Positions 17,709-25,857 of a stretch of 64,000 nt of DNA are shown here, in pieces. The translations under genes and the position numbers were made by a program. The stretch is from the NCBI GenBank assembly GCA_036726225.1, contig DAIMCS010000003.1:9769-73768 (forward strand). Direction: 5' to 3'. This DNA is from Patescibacteria group bacterium. Its GTDB lineage: Bacteria; Patescibacteriota; Doudnabacteria; UBA920. Below the pieces are notes generated by a model. It saw only the letters and a program-made list of their open reading frames with translations. It had not been told where the DNA came from and searched no databases. How positions within the stretch are numbered: the stretch's first letter is position 1; each line of letters opens with the position of its first letter.

Positions 17709-17743
17709 TTAGATATCAATTAATAAACAGCCCTTCAAAAAAC

Positions 17744-17763
17744 CCTGCCGGCCGGCAGGCAGG
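17744..17763. repeat. perfect 20-bp palindrome, family B (CCTGCCGGCCGGCAGGCAGG), in the hup 5'UTR
   Basis: Self-complementary. It lies between the promoter and the hup ribosome-binding site. Confidence 0.7.
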
Positions 17764-17806
17764 CTCCCTAAAGAGGGAACCACAGAGAGGCTAGGAGACA
17801 AAAAGT

Positions 17807-18079
17807 ATGACAAAGTCAGAGATTTTGCAGGCTTTAGCCGACAAATTAGGCAAAACCCGCAAGGAAGTAAGTGAATTTATGGACGCCATGGTAGAATTGG
17901 CTTACCATATAACCAAAAAAGAAGGAGAATTCGTTATTCCTGGCATGGGTAAGCTCCAAAAAAAGCACCGAGACGCTAGAATGGGCCGAAATCCGGCAAC
18001 CGGCGAATCCATATCAATTCCCGCCAAAACAGTGCTTAAATTCCGCGTAGCCAAACAAGCCAAAGACGCTATCTTGTAA
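17807..18079 (+). CDS. hup: HU/IHF-family DNA-binding protein
   Basis: GRNPATGESISIPAKTVLKFRVAKQAKDA is the HU arm signature. The protein is 90 aa. Confidence 0.9.
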   Translation: MTKSEILQALADKLGKTRKEVSEFMDAMVELAYHITKKEGEFVIPGMGKLQKKHRDARMGRNPATGESISIPAKTVLKFRVAKQAKDAIL

Positions 18080-18092
18080 ACAAATAGATTTT

Positions 18093-18126
18093 AATCCCTC
18101 CCTAATATGGGGAGGGATTTTAATTT
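18093..18126 (+). terminator. terminator hairpin (family A-like: AATCCCTCCC-taatatg-GGGAGGGATT)
   Basis: 10-bp stem followed by TTAATTTT. Confidence 0.55.
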
Positions 18127-18155
18127 TCCCCATTTTATGGTATAATATTACAAAT

Positions 18156-18258
18156 GTCCCGTTAGAAAAATTTTGTGGCCAAATATCAGCCCAAGTAATT
18201 TTAACGGTTTAATTATTTTCTCTAAAGAAACAAAATAAAAGCATTTTCCAACGGGATG
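18156..18258 (+). promoter_or_regulatory. 5'UTR with a 5'-end TCCCGTT complementary to AACGGGA at the start codon. TGgTATAAT -10 at 18138..18146.
   Basis: Same architecture and motif as the TerC-like 5'UTR. Confidence 0.5.
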
Positions 18259-18696
18259 ATCAATTTGCTAAAAAAAATCCAGCTTGAAACTAAAAAACAA
18301 TTTGAAATGGTAGATATAACCCACCATGTGCAAAAAGCAGTTACCGATTCCGGCATAAAGACCGGCCTGGCCGTTGTTTTTTGCCCCCACACCACCGCAT
18401 CTGTCAGGCTTAACCACAACGAGCCGCTGCTTATGCAGGACTTTATGAAAACTATGTATAAGGCTGCGCCGGTGGATATTAGCTATAGCCACGATTTGTT
18501 TGAAGTAAGGCAAAATGTTGCTCCCAACGAGCGCAGTAACGGCCATGCCCACGTAAAAGCCTTTTTACTTGGGTCTTCGGAAAGTTTACCTGTTGAAAGG
18601 GCCCAACTCGTCATTGGCCCGAGGCAGAGCATTTTTTTTGTTGAATTTGACGGCGGTAGGAACAGGGAAGCGTACGTTAAAATTTTAGGTGAATAA
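18256..18696 (+). CDS. YjbQ/UPF0047 family protein (secondary thiamine-phosphate synthase-like)
   Basis: VDITHHV...CPHTTASVRLNHNE...GHAHVKAFLLGSS...FVEFDGGRNRE matches the YjbQ fold motifs. Confidence 0.7.
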   Translation: MINLLKKIQLETKKQFEMVDITHHVQKAVTDSGIKTGLAVVFCPHTTASVRLNHNEPLLMQDFMKTMYKAAPVDISYSHDLFEVRQNVAPNERSNGHAHVKAFLLGSSESLPVERAQLVIGPRQSIFFVEFDGGRNREAYVKILGE

Positions 18697-18854
18697 TACC
18701 ACAGATGCACAGATAAAGGCAGAGTGCGCAGATATTTGATCTGTGTTATCCGCTATTATCCGTGTATCTGCGGAATAATCTTAAGGGGTCGGTCTTAAGA
18801 TGAAAAATTAAGTAAAATAAATAAAAAATATAAAAATTAATAGAAAGGATAAAA

Positions 18855-19535
18855 ATGGACTATTATTCAACTTATCAGGTAACCGTGGTTGATTCTTTAA
18901 GCGCCCTTTACGCAACTGTTATTGGGTATTTACCAAATTTGGTTGCGGCGATTATTGTATTAATTATTGGTTGGTTGGTAGGTATGTTTTTGAGCGGTGT
19001 CGTGCACAAAGTGCTCGACATGGTAAAAATTGACCATTTAGCAAACCAACTCGGCCTTAACAGTCTTTCCGACAAAGTCGGAAAAAAGTTAAGCCTGGCA
19101 GCCTTAGGAGGCTGGGTTGTTAAATGGTTTTTCTTTTTGGGCACTTTTATTGCCGCAGCTGACATTTTAAAGCTAGAAGCGGTTTCCACCTTCCTTTATC
19201 AGGATGTCCTGTCTTATGCAGGCAACGTGGTAGTGGCAATGGCTGTACTGCTTTTAGGTATTTTGGCAGCCAATTTCTTCTCCGGTATAGTTAATGCGGC
19301 GGTTAATGCCAGCGGTCTCCATAAGAGCAATCTTTTAGCCAGTATTACCAAATGGGCCATTATTGCTTTTACAATTTTGACCGTCTTGAGCAAACTGGGC
19401 GTTGATGATTACTTAAAAGAGTTGTTCAAGGCTATTATTGCCATGCTTGCCATAGCCGGCGGCCTTGCTTTTGGTCTTGGCGGAAAAGATACAGCTAAAA
19501 AAGTTTTGGACAAAATAGAACAAAACTTAAGCTAA
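18855..19535 (+). CDS. membrane protein with conserved-TM-helix repeats (MscS-associated N-terminal type)
   Basis: Repeated ...LPNLVAAIIVLIIGWLVGMFLSGVV...-like helices. 226 aa. Confidence 0.45.
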   Translation: MDYYSTYQVTVVDSLSALYATVIGYLPNLVAAIIVLIIGWLVGMFLSGVVHKVLDMVKIDHLANQLGLNSLSDKVGKKLSLAALGGWVVKWFFFLGTFIAAADILKLEAVSTFLYQDVLSYAGNVVVAMAVLLLGILAANFFSGIVNAAVNASGLHKSNLLASITKWAIIAFTILTVLSKLGVDDYLKELFKAIIAMLAIAGGLAFGLGGKDTAKKVLDKIEQNLS

Positions 19536-19653
19536 GCACTAGCGCAAAAACAAAAATATTTTTATAATATAAATTAACGCTAACCGCGTTAGTGATTTTA
19601 GTTTTATTCTTCTAACCATCCCGATGTACATCGGGATGGTTTTAGGCTCTTAA

Positions 19654-20526
19654 ATGATAAGAAAAGTTCTAATTTTTGGGGTACTGTTCTTTTTTGCGAT
19701 AGCTGTTTTTGGCTTGTATTCTGGCTTAAAACAGCGGGCAAATGAAAAGGAAGAAAAACCAGAGACAAAGGCTCAGGAAATTAGCATAACTATTGTAGAG
19801 GGATGGAATAATAAGGAAATTGCGCAATATTTAGAAAAACAGAAAATTGTCACATCTAAGGCTTTTTTAGACACAACAAAAAACTTTGATACGCAAAAGT
19901 ATGAAAGTTTTTTACCTAAGCAAGCTGTCGGGGATTTACAGGGATTTTTATATCCCGACACTTACCGTTTGTTCGCTTCCTGGGCAGACCGAGACAAAAC
20001 CCCGGAAGATCAGGCTTCAGAGCAAATTATTGCAAAGCTTCTGGACAATTTTGGGAAAAAATTACCGGACAATGCCGCAGCCCTTGCCGGCAAACACGAC
20101 CTTAGCGTTTATCAGGCCATAATTTTGGCTTCTATAATAGAAAAAGAAACCGGCAGGAACGCTACTACCCTTGAGCAGCAAAAAGGGCTGGATGAGGAAA
20201 GAAAAATTATTGCGGGAATTTTTTACAACCGCCTAGGCATTAATATGGCCTTAGAGAGTGACGCTACCGTCAATTACATTACCGGGAAAAACACGCCGGC
20301 TGTTTCTAAAGCCGACACGGAAATAGAGTCCCCTTACAATACTTATAAATACCGCGGCCTTGTGCCCAAGCCAATTTGCAACCCTTCGTTATCATCAATT
20401 AAGGCAGCTTTAAACCCGACTGAGTCGGATTACTTATATTTTTTGCATGACCAGGAAACCGGCAAAGCCTTTTATGCCGTAACCTACGAGCAGCATTTGG
20501 CAAACAAGCAGAAATATCTTAGATGA
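19654..20526 (+). CDS. mltG: endolytic murein transglycosylase MltG/YceG
   Basis: N-terminal TM anchor. LQGFLYPDTY and YNTYKYRGLVPKPICNPS match the YceG-family signature. Confidence 0.75.
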   Translation: MIRKVLIFGVLFFFAIAVFGLYSGLKQRANEKEEKPETKAQEISITIVEGWNNKEIAQYLEKQKIVTSKAFLDTTKNFDTQKYESFLPKQAVGDLQGFLYPDTYRLFASWADRDKTPEDQASEQIIAKLLDNFGKKLPDNAAALAGKHDLSVYQAIILASIIEKETGRNATTLEQQKGLDEERKIIAGIFYNRLGINMALESDATVNYITGKNTPAVSKADTEIESPYNTYKYRGLVPKPICNPSLSSIKAALNPTESDYLYFLHDQETGKAFYAVTYEQHLANKQKYLR

Positions 20527-20560
20527 CACAGCGCAGGCGCTGTGTCATCCCGTAAATTTT
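20525..20560 (+). terminator. hairpin GACACAGCGC-ag-GCGCTGTGTC overlapping the mltG stop, followed by ...AAATTTTT
   Basis: 10-bp perfect stem. Confidence 0.45.
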
Positions 20561-20665
20561 TACAACGGCGATCTTAATTTAGGTAAAAATTATACGGGAT
20601 CCATCTCTCGACTTCGCTAGAGACAGGAAAATAGATTCCGGATAAATTTAATAATATAAATTTTC

Positions 20666-20685
20666 CCTGCCTGCCGGCAGGCAGG
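20666..20685. repeat. perfect 20-bp palindrome, family B (CCTGCCTGCCGGCAGGCAGG), downstream of fmt
   Basis: Self-complementary. Confidence 0.7.
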
Positions 20686-20703
20686 CGGAATGACATGAGT
20701 TTT

Positions 20704-21642
20704 TTACTCCAACTTTCCGCCAACAAAATCTCTGTACCCGTTTTCAAATTCTTCAAACGACATTTCTTTTTTACCGGCTAACTGAAGCCGGTTTATTTTT
20801 AATTTAGTATTCCCGCCGCAGACAACAATTCCGCCGCCGATGATTGTCCCACATTCGTGTTCATTCGTTTCCATATCCGTGTTAATCAAACACTCTGTAA
20901 TTTTAATGTTCTGCCCTTTCCAACTCGAATAAATCCCCGGCCAAATGTAAAAAGCGCGGAATTGGTTGTAAATTTCCTGTGCGCTTTTCTGCCAATCCAC
21001 CCGCCCGTCTTCTTTGGTTATGATTTTTGTGTGGCTGGCTCGACTTTCGTCCTGGGGCAGGGGAGTGAGCTTGCCGGAGGTATAGTCTTTCAAAGTTTGA
21101 TTGATAATTTTCGCAGAAAGTTTGGCTAGCCTGTCAGACAAAGTGAAATAATTATCATCCGGCTCAATGTTAATAATTTCCTGAGCTAACAATGGACCGG
21201 AGTCTACATTTTCATCAAGCACAAAAATGCTGGTGCCGGTTTGGGCATCGCCATTTAGCAAAGCAGTCTGTATTGGGGAAGGGCCGCGGTATTTTGGCAG
21301 AATGGAAAAATGGACATTTATGGTTTTATATTTCGGCAGGTTAATTATTTGCAGGGGCAAAATTTTACCGTAGGCAACAACTACAAAAATATCGGCGCCA
21401 ATTTTTTGCAATTCTGAAATAAATGCCGCGTCGGTTTTAGGGTTTTCCGGCTTAAATATAGGCAATTTTAAATCTTTTGCCAAAGCTGAAACCGGGCTTT
21501 CTTCCAAGCTTTGCTTGCGTCCTACCAAAACATCCGGCGTGGTTATCACGCCTAAAACTTGGTGCGTATTATTCAGTGTTTCCAAAATTGGAAGCGCTAC
21601 ATTGGCCGTGCCAAAAAATATAATTTTTAACATTGACTCCAT
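20704..21642 (-). CDS. fmt: methionyl-tRNA formyltransferase
   Basis: MLKIIFFGT...VITTPD...; formyl-transferase N-terminal domain; C-terminal domain present. Confidence 0.85.
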   Translation of the reverse strand: MESMLKIIFFGTANVALPILETLNNTHQVLGVITTPDVLVGRKQSLEESPVSALAKDLKLPIFKPENPKTDAAFISELQKIGADIFVVVAYGKILPLQIINLPKYKTINVHFSILPKYRGPSPIQTALLNGDAQTGTSIFVLDENVDSGPLLAQEIINIEPDDNYFTLSDRLAKLSAKIINQTLKDYTSGKLTPLPQDESRASHTKIITKEDGRVDWQKSAQEIYNQFRAFYIWPGIYSSWKGQNIKITECLINTDMETNEHECGTIIGGGIVVCGGNTKLKINRLQLAGKKEMSFEEFENGYRDFVGGKLE

Positions 21643-21686
21643 GTTGGTATAGTGCTAAATTGTTATTTCAATCTAAGGAGGGGAAG

Positions 21687-21917
21687 ATGGAGATTTTAAT
21701 AGTTGTAGGTATAGTAGTTGCCTTGTGGGTCGGCGCAAAAATTCATTTGCTTATGGCAGCGATCACAGTGATTGTTTTTGTACAGGTTTTTTTGGTTCTC
21801 GGTGTGATAAGGAAAGGGGAAGTGGGGGCCAAAGCAAAGCTGGTTTTAATCACATGTATGGTTGCCTTAGTTGTTATTTGGGCAACCTTAATTATTGACC
21901 AGACCGGTATGCGATGA
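21687..21917 (+). CDS. small two-TM membrane protein
   Basis: AGGAGGGG ribosome-binding site, then MEILIVVGIVVALWVGAKI... Confidence 0.4.
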   Translation: MEILIVVGIVVALWVGAKIHLLMAAITVIVFVQVFLVLGVIRKGEVGAKAKLVLITCMVALVVIWATLIIDQTGMR

Positions 21918-21944
21918 ATTTTTTTCGCATACCGTTTTTATTGC

Positions 21945-22508
21945 CTACATTTTTTTTAGCACTTTCCTCAATACTTCCGCTTCTACCCGGCAATCGACTA
22001 ACGCGTCATGCAAATTATTTTTATCAATCTTTATTTTAAACTTCTTAATTAAATATTCCAAGCCAAAACCGGCAAAATCTTTTTTTGACCTAAGCTGATT
22101 TTTAAGCGCGAGATGGGGATAAAATAATGACCACAAGTCAAAATAGTGGTAGTTAAACTGCCACTTAACGCCGGCTTTTTTGTAAGCGTGCATTAAAAAA
22201 CGCTTGTCATTGTAGCCCACATAGAAAGCCTGAATTACGTTGTGGCCGAAAGTTTTGTCAAAGGTTTTTATAACCTGCTTAAGCGAGGGGGCGTTTTTTA
22301 CAACGTCAAAACTAATTTTATTAACCGCCATAGACTCGCGGTTACGATGTTGCCAAGAACCGGGTTTTATAAAGCTGGAAAAGACTTCTTTTTCTTTTAG
22401 GGTTTTTTTATCCAGCAACACCGCAGCAATTTGAAGCAGGTCGTGCTTTTGCAAATCAAACCCGGAAAATTCAGTGTCAATAAGTAAAATGTCTTTTTTA
22501 AAATTCAT
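21945..22508 (-). CDS. DEDDh 3'-5' exonuclease (DnaQ/RNase T/oligoribonuclease family), catalytic motifs intact
   Basis: Exo I LLIDTEFSG. Exo II YNDKRF. Exo III HDALVDCRVEAEV. AGGAG ribosome-binding site 5 nt upstream. Confidence 0.75.
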   Translation of the reverse strand: MNFKKDILLIDTEFSGFDLQKHDLLQIAAVLLDKKTLKEKEVFSSFIKPGSWQHRNRESMAVNKISFDVVKNAPSLKQVIKTFDKTFGHNVIQAFYVGYNDKRFLMHAYKKAGVKWQFNYHYFDLWSLFYPHLALKNQLRSKKDFAGFGLEYLIKKFKIKIDKNNLHDALVDCRVEAEVLRKVLKKM

Positions 22509-22591
22509 ATACTCCTACGAACCTGCGAACTTTTCGAACTACGAACCTGAAATTTTTCTAAGTTCGTTCCCTTCGTAAGTTCGCAGGAAAT
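22509..22591 (-). repeat. long imperfect hairpin built from CGAAC/GTTCG repeats, immediately 5' of the exonuclease gene
   Basis: Outer stem CCTGCGAACTT / AAGTTCGCAGG. Four CGAAC and three GTTCG units. Confidence 0.6.
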
Positions 22592-23128
22592 TTAAGCTTC
22601 CTTGATTATCTTTCTAAAAATTTCAGCTTCAAGCCGCACTTTTTCCATTGCGTTCCAGGGCTCGTGCTGTTTTAATTTAAAGTAGTCTACAAATGTATGG
22701 AAGGTGGGCATTTTTTTTATTCCGTAGTTTAAGGTATAAACATAACCTAAAGTCCAAAGCTGAATTACGTGATGGTCGTAGTCGTAAGTCACCGCGGCTT
22801 TTTTAAATGCGGTTTTTAAAAACAGAAAATGTTGGAAGCCGTGGGTGGCAAGCAGCACATTGTTGCCGAATTTTTTGCGGAAAAGCTTTATTACGTCGTA
22901 AATTTTCGGGCTTTTGCGCAGGGTGTCAAAGTCTATGCGCAAAATTTTCGCATGTTCATTAATAATAGCATCTAAATAGCTAATTTTAATGTAAGTGTTG
23001 AAATTGTCTTTTTCCAGCAAATTATCTTTATCGAGCAATATTGCGGACAGCTGAATAACGGAGTCTTTGTCCGGATCCTGGCCCGTGGTTTGTAATTCAA
23101 AAAATAAAAGATCTTTAATAAATTTCAT
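22592..23128 (-). CDS. DEDDh exonuclease paralog with substituted catalytic residues (probable pseudo-enzyme or partner subunit)
   Basis: Clear paralog of 21945..22508, sharing ILLDK and VRLEAEI. DTE has become ELQ, HNV has become GNN, YNDKRF has become HGFQHF, and HDALVD has become HEPWNAME. Confidence 0.6.
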   Translation of the reverse strand: MKFIKDLLFFELQTTGQDPDKDSVIQLSAILLDKDNLLEKDNFNTYIKISYLDAIINEHAKILRIDFDTLRKSPKIYDVIKLFRKKFGNNVLLATHGFQHFLFLKTAFKKAAVTYDYDHHVIQLWTLGYVYTLNYGIKKMPTFHTFVDYFKLKQHEPWNAMEKVRLEAEIFRKIIKEA

Positions 23129-23211
23129 ATTTCTACGGATTACGGAATTTTACGGATATACGGATTCGTATGGATATTCCGTATATCCGTACTTATCCGT
23201 ACTCCGTAGAA
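23129..23211 (-). repeat. long hairpin made of four TACGGA repeats followed by four TCCGTA repeats, 5' of the second exonuclease paralog
   Basis: On the minus strand: CTACGGAG TACGGATAAG TACGGATATACGGAATA, then the mirror. Confidence 0.6.
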
Positions 23212-23712
23212 TTAAAACGCTTGTTTTTTCCAGTTCTTAACAACCTCTTCGCCCTGTGAGAATTTCTTTATAAGGTCAATTATTAACACCCCGTTTATGT
23301 GGTCAATTTCGTGCTGTGCTACGCGGGAAACCCAGCCGTCGTCAGTGAATTTAATGGTTTTTCCTTCCGCGGTTTGCGCCTGTATAGTAACTTTTTTTGG
23401 CCTTTTGACCATGCCAAAAACACCGGGTATGGAAAGGCAGCCTTCTTCAATTTCAATTTTTTTAAAGCCTTTACTCACAATTTTTGGATTATAAAGCGCC
23501 ATAAGCGGCACGCCGCTTTTTTCCAGGTTTACAACTATGACTTTTACTGACTTTCCCACTTGTGGGGCGGCAAGACCAATGCCGTCGGCGCTGCGCACTG
23601 TGTCTATCATATCTTTGGTAAGTTTTTTAATTTCCGGAGACAACGGAAAACTAACCGGCTCGGTCGGCTTTCGTAAAATTTCATTTGGATAGGTTAAAAT
23701 CGGTAAAATCAT
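23212..23712 (-). CDS. def: peptide deformylase
   Basis: GIGLAAPQVG, EGCLSIPG and HEIDHINGVL motifs. Confidence 0.9.
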   Translation of the reverse strand: MILPILTYPNEILRKPTEPVSFPLSPEIKKLTKDMIDTVRSADGIGLAAPQVGKSVKVIVVNLEKSGVPLMALYNPKIVSKGFKKIEIEEGCLSIPGVFGMVKRPKKVTIQAQTAEGKTIKFTDDGWVSRVAQHEIDHINGVLIIDLIKKFSQGEEVVKNWKKQAF

Positions 23713-23799
23713 ATGCCGCTGATTTGTCGCTGATTATTACGCGGATTGGTCGCTGAGCGCTTCTTTCAGCGTCTGCTCAGCGTACCTATCTGCGTCAAT

Positions 23800-24086
23800 T
23801 CAGCGCGATTGAGCTTTCTCTTGGTTATGCTTCTTAATTAAATATGCAAACAACCTGCCCGGCGTTTGCACGGTTTTGCTTTCTGCAATTTGTCCGGCTA
23901 AATTCCTTAAAAAATCATGGTTATACAATACCGCCATTTTCAGGTAAAAAGCAAAATGTTTTCTGTCATTTAACTTTATCGAAAGCTCATCTGCCAACAG
24001 GTGGTTAGGGGAATGCAGGTGTGGGTTCGTTTTGGGTTTTTTTTGTGCCTTTGATAAAGATTTTGCAATTTTTCCCAGGGATTCCA
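23800..24086 (-). CDS. hypothetical protein. Probable start MESLGKIAK, possibly leaderless.
   Basis: TATAAT lies 7 nt upstream of the ATG at 24084..24086. The track ORF extends to 24186 but would overlap the 24153..24344 ORF. Confidence 0.35.
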
Positions 24087-24152
24087 TGGTTTGATTATAC
24101 ATCATTATAAAAGAGAATAAAAATGATCGCCGGCAGTTCTGTCGGCGATCTG

Positions 24153-24344
24153 TCATTCGTCTTTTCCATTCCGGGTTGTGTGCCATATCCTAAGCACGGA
24201 CAACACAGTGAAGCCAATCGCAAGCAGGCATATAAAGCCTAAGGCCGTCCGGAATATTCCGCTTGCCGGAATGCCTGCCAACAACATTATCCCTCCTAAA
24301 AACCAAATCAATACGGCGATGAGCAAATTAACCAACGAAAGCAT
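24153..24344 (-). CDS. small two-TM membrane protein
   Basis: 63-aa hydrophobic ORF. Confidence 0.35.
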   Translation of the reverse strand: MLSLVNLLIAVLIWFLGGIMLLAGIPASGIFRTALGFICLLAIGFTVLSVLRIWHTTRNGKDE

Positions 24345-24375
24345 AAGACCTCCTAAAATTGTCCATTTATTCTAT

Positions 24376-24404
24376 AATTTTTTGGTTGTAAAGTCAAACC
24401 TAAA
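24376..24404 (+). promoter_or_regulatory. promoter: TTGTAA, 17-nt spacer, TATAAT
   Basis: Sequence match upstream of the wecB::nudix gene. Confidence 0.45.
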
Positions 24405-24467
24405 AAGGTATAATGTTAGTAAATCATTCCTAAATTATAGGTTCCGCCCTGGCGGGTATGGAATTTT

Positions 24468-25811
24468 ATGAAAGTAGATATTGCCGGATTAAAAGTTGAC
24501 GCAATCAGTAAAGCAGAATTACTGATTGAGGTAATTTCCAGAATAAAAGCAAGCCAAAAAACCTGGGTAACTACGGTGTACTCGGAGTTTTTGTATGCGG
24601 CCTTAAAGGACCCAAAAATAGTTGAATTGTTAAATAAGGCCAATATTGCCGTGCCCGACGGCATTGGGATTTTTTGGGCGAAAAAATATTTGGAAATTCC
24701 GCTTTCTTTTCATTCCCCCCCTTTAAAAAAGGGGGGGTTAGGGGGGGTTAAATACTGGCTTATGGTTTTAAAGGCTTGCTGGCAAATTAAGTATTCTTTG
24801 GCCGCGATATTATTTAACTCCAAGTGGATAAAATCTGCTCTGCCTGAAAAAATAGTGGGCGCAGACTTAATTTGGGATTTGGCCAAACTTGCATCGGATA
24901 ACAATCTTTCAATGTTTTTACTCGGTGGCCACGGCGACACTCCAGAAATTGTTGCTGCGGCAATGAAAGCAAAATATAGCGGCTTAAAATTTGTGGGATC
25001 ATCCAACAAGAACCCAGGTGACCCTTCAACCATAACAGAAATAAATAGCTTAGCACCCGATATTTTGCTGGTGGCTTACGGCCCGCTTCGGCAGGAGAAA
25101 TGGATTTTTGAAAACTTGCTTCATCTGAATGTAAAATTTGCTATGGGCGTTGGCGGCTCGTTCGATTACATTGCGGGTAAAAAATCTGCTCCGCCAAAAT
25201 TTATCCGCTCCTTTGGCCTGGAATGGTTGTGGCGGCTTATTACCCAGCCGCAACGTTTTAAAAGAATTATTAACGCGACTTTTGGGCTGGCGTGGCTTTT
25301 GTGGCACTACAAAGTTTTTAGCAATTTGCCCTTTAGGCCAAATGTAGCAACTGTTATAACGAACAAAGAAAATAAAATTTTGGTTTGCCAGCGCAACCCA
25401 AAAGATTTCCACGTGGACGTTGTCACAACTAAAGATAATTTAAAAAGCAAAAATTATTGGCAACTGCCGCAGGGCGGCGTTGATGTCAAAGAAGATTTGA
25501 TTGCAGCAGCAAGACGTGAAGCCTTTGAGGAAACCGGCCTTAAAAATTTGGAGCTTTTTGGGGTATCAACATCCACCCACAGCTATGTTTGGAATAATGC
25601 GTTGCGGGGTTTTTGGAAAAATCGTGACAAAGCAAACGTTGGCCAAAAGCAAAACATTGTTTATTTTAAATTTTGGGGAAGTGATAATGAAATAAAAGTT
25701 GACGGAGAAGAATTTATTAATTATAAGTGGGTTAAAATAAGTGAGCTTGAAAAGGCGGTACATCCCGAGCGCTTGCCTTTGGCTAAAATAATAGTGGTAG
25801 ACTTAGCTTGA
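24468..25811 (+). CDS. WecB/TagA/CpsF-family glycosyltransferase fused to a C-terminal NUDIX hydrolase
   Basis: N-terminus: PDGIGIFWA...LLGGHGDTPEIV... (WecG/TagA fold). C-terminus: GGVDVKEDLIAAARREAFEETG, the Nudix box. One continuous 447-aa ORF. Confidence 0.65.
   Translation: MKVDIAGLKVDAISKAELLIEVISRIKASQKTWVTTVYSEFLYAALKDPKIVELLNKANIAVPDGIGIFWAKKYLEIPLSFHSPPLKKGGLGGVKYWLMVLKACWQIKYSLAAILFNSKWIKSALPEKIVGADLIWDLAKLASDNNLSMFLLGGHGDTPEIVAAAMKAKYSGLKFVGSSNKNPGDPSTITEINSLAPDILLVAYGPLRQEKWIFENLLHLNVKFAMGVGGSFDYIAGKKSAPPKFIRSFGLEWLWRLITQPQRFKRIINATFGLAWLLWHYKVFSNLPFRPNVATVITNKENKILVCQRNPKDFHVDVVTTKDNLKSKNYWQLPQGGVDVKEDLIAAARREAFEETGLKNLELFGVSTSTHSYVWNNALRGFWKNRDKANVGQKQNIVYFKFWGSDNEIKVDGEEFINYKWVKISELEKAVHPERLPLAKIIVVDLA
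24715..24749 (+). repeat. family A GC-palindrome inserted in frame in the WecB domain, encoding SPPLKKGGLGGV
   Basis: CCCCCCCTTTAAAAAAGGGGGGGTTAGGGGGGGTT. It sits in an insertion of about 40 aa relative to canonical WecG/TagA, between the DGxGxxWA motif and the PEKIxGxDL motif. Confidence 0.6.
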
Positions 25812-25857
25812 TTTTTTTATCTCAAAGATCTAAACTCCTTTTACGGAAGGAGGGTTC

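Noticed and set aside
24153-24344. Numerous 60-150 aa antisense ORFs nested inside long genes (for example 5865..6176, 8098..8538, 46303..46794, 52053..52295, 55767..56057)
   Set aside because: Each is fully contained within, and antisense or out of frame to, a gene with clear homology-level motifs. They have no ribosome-binding sites and are shadow ORFs.
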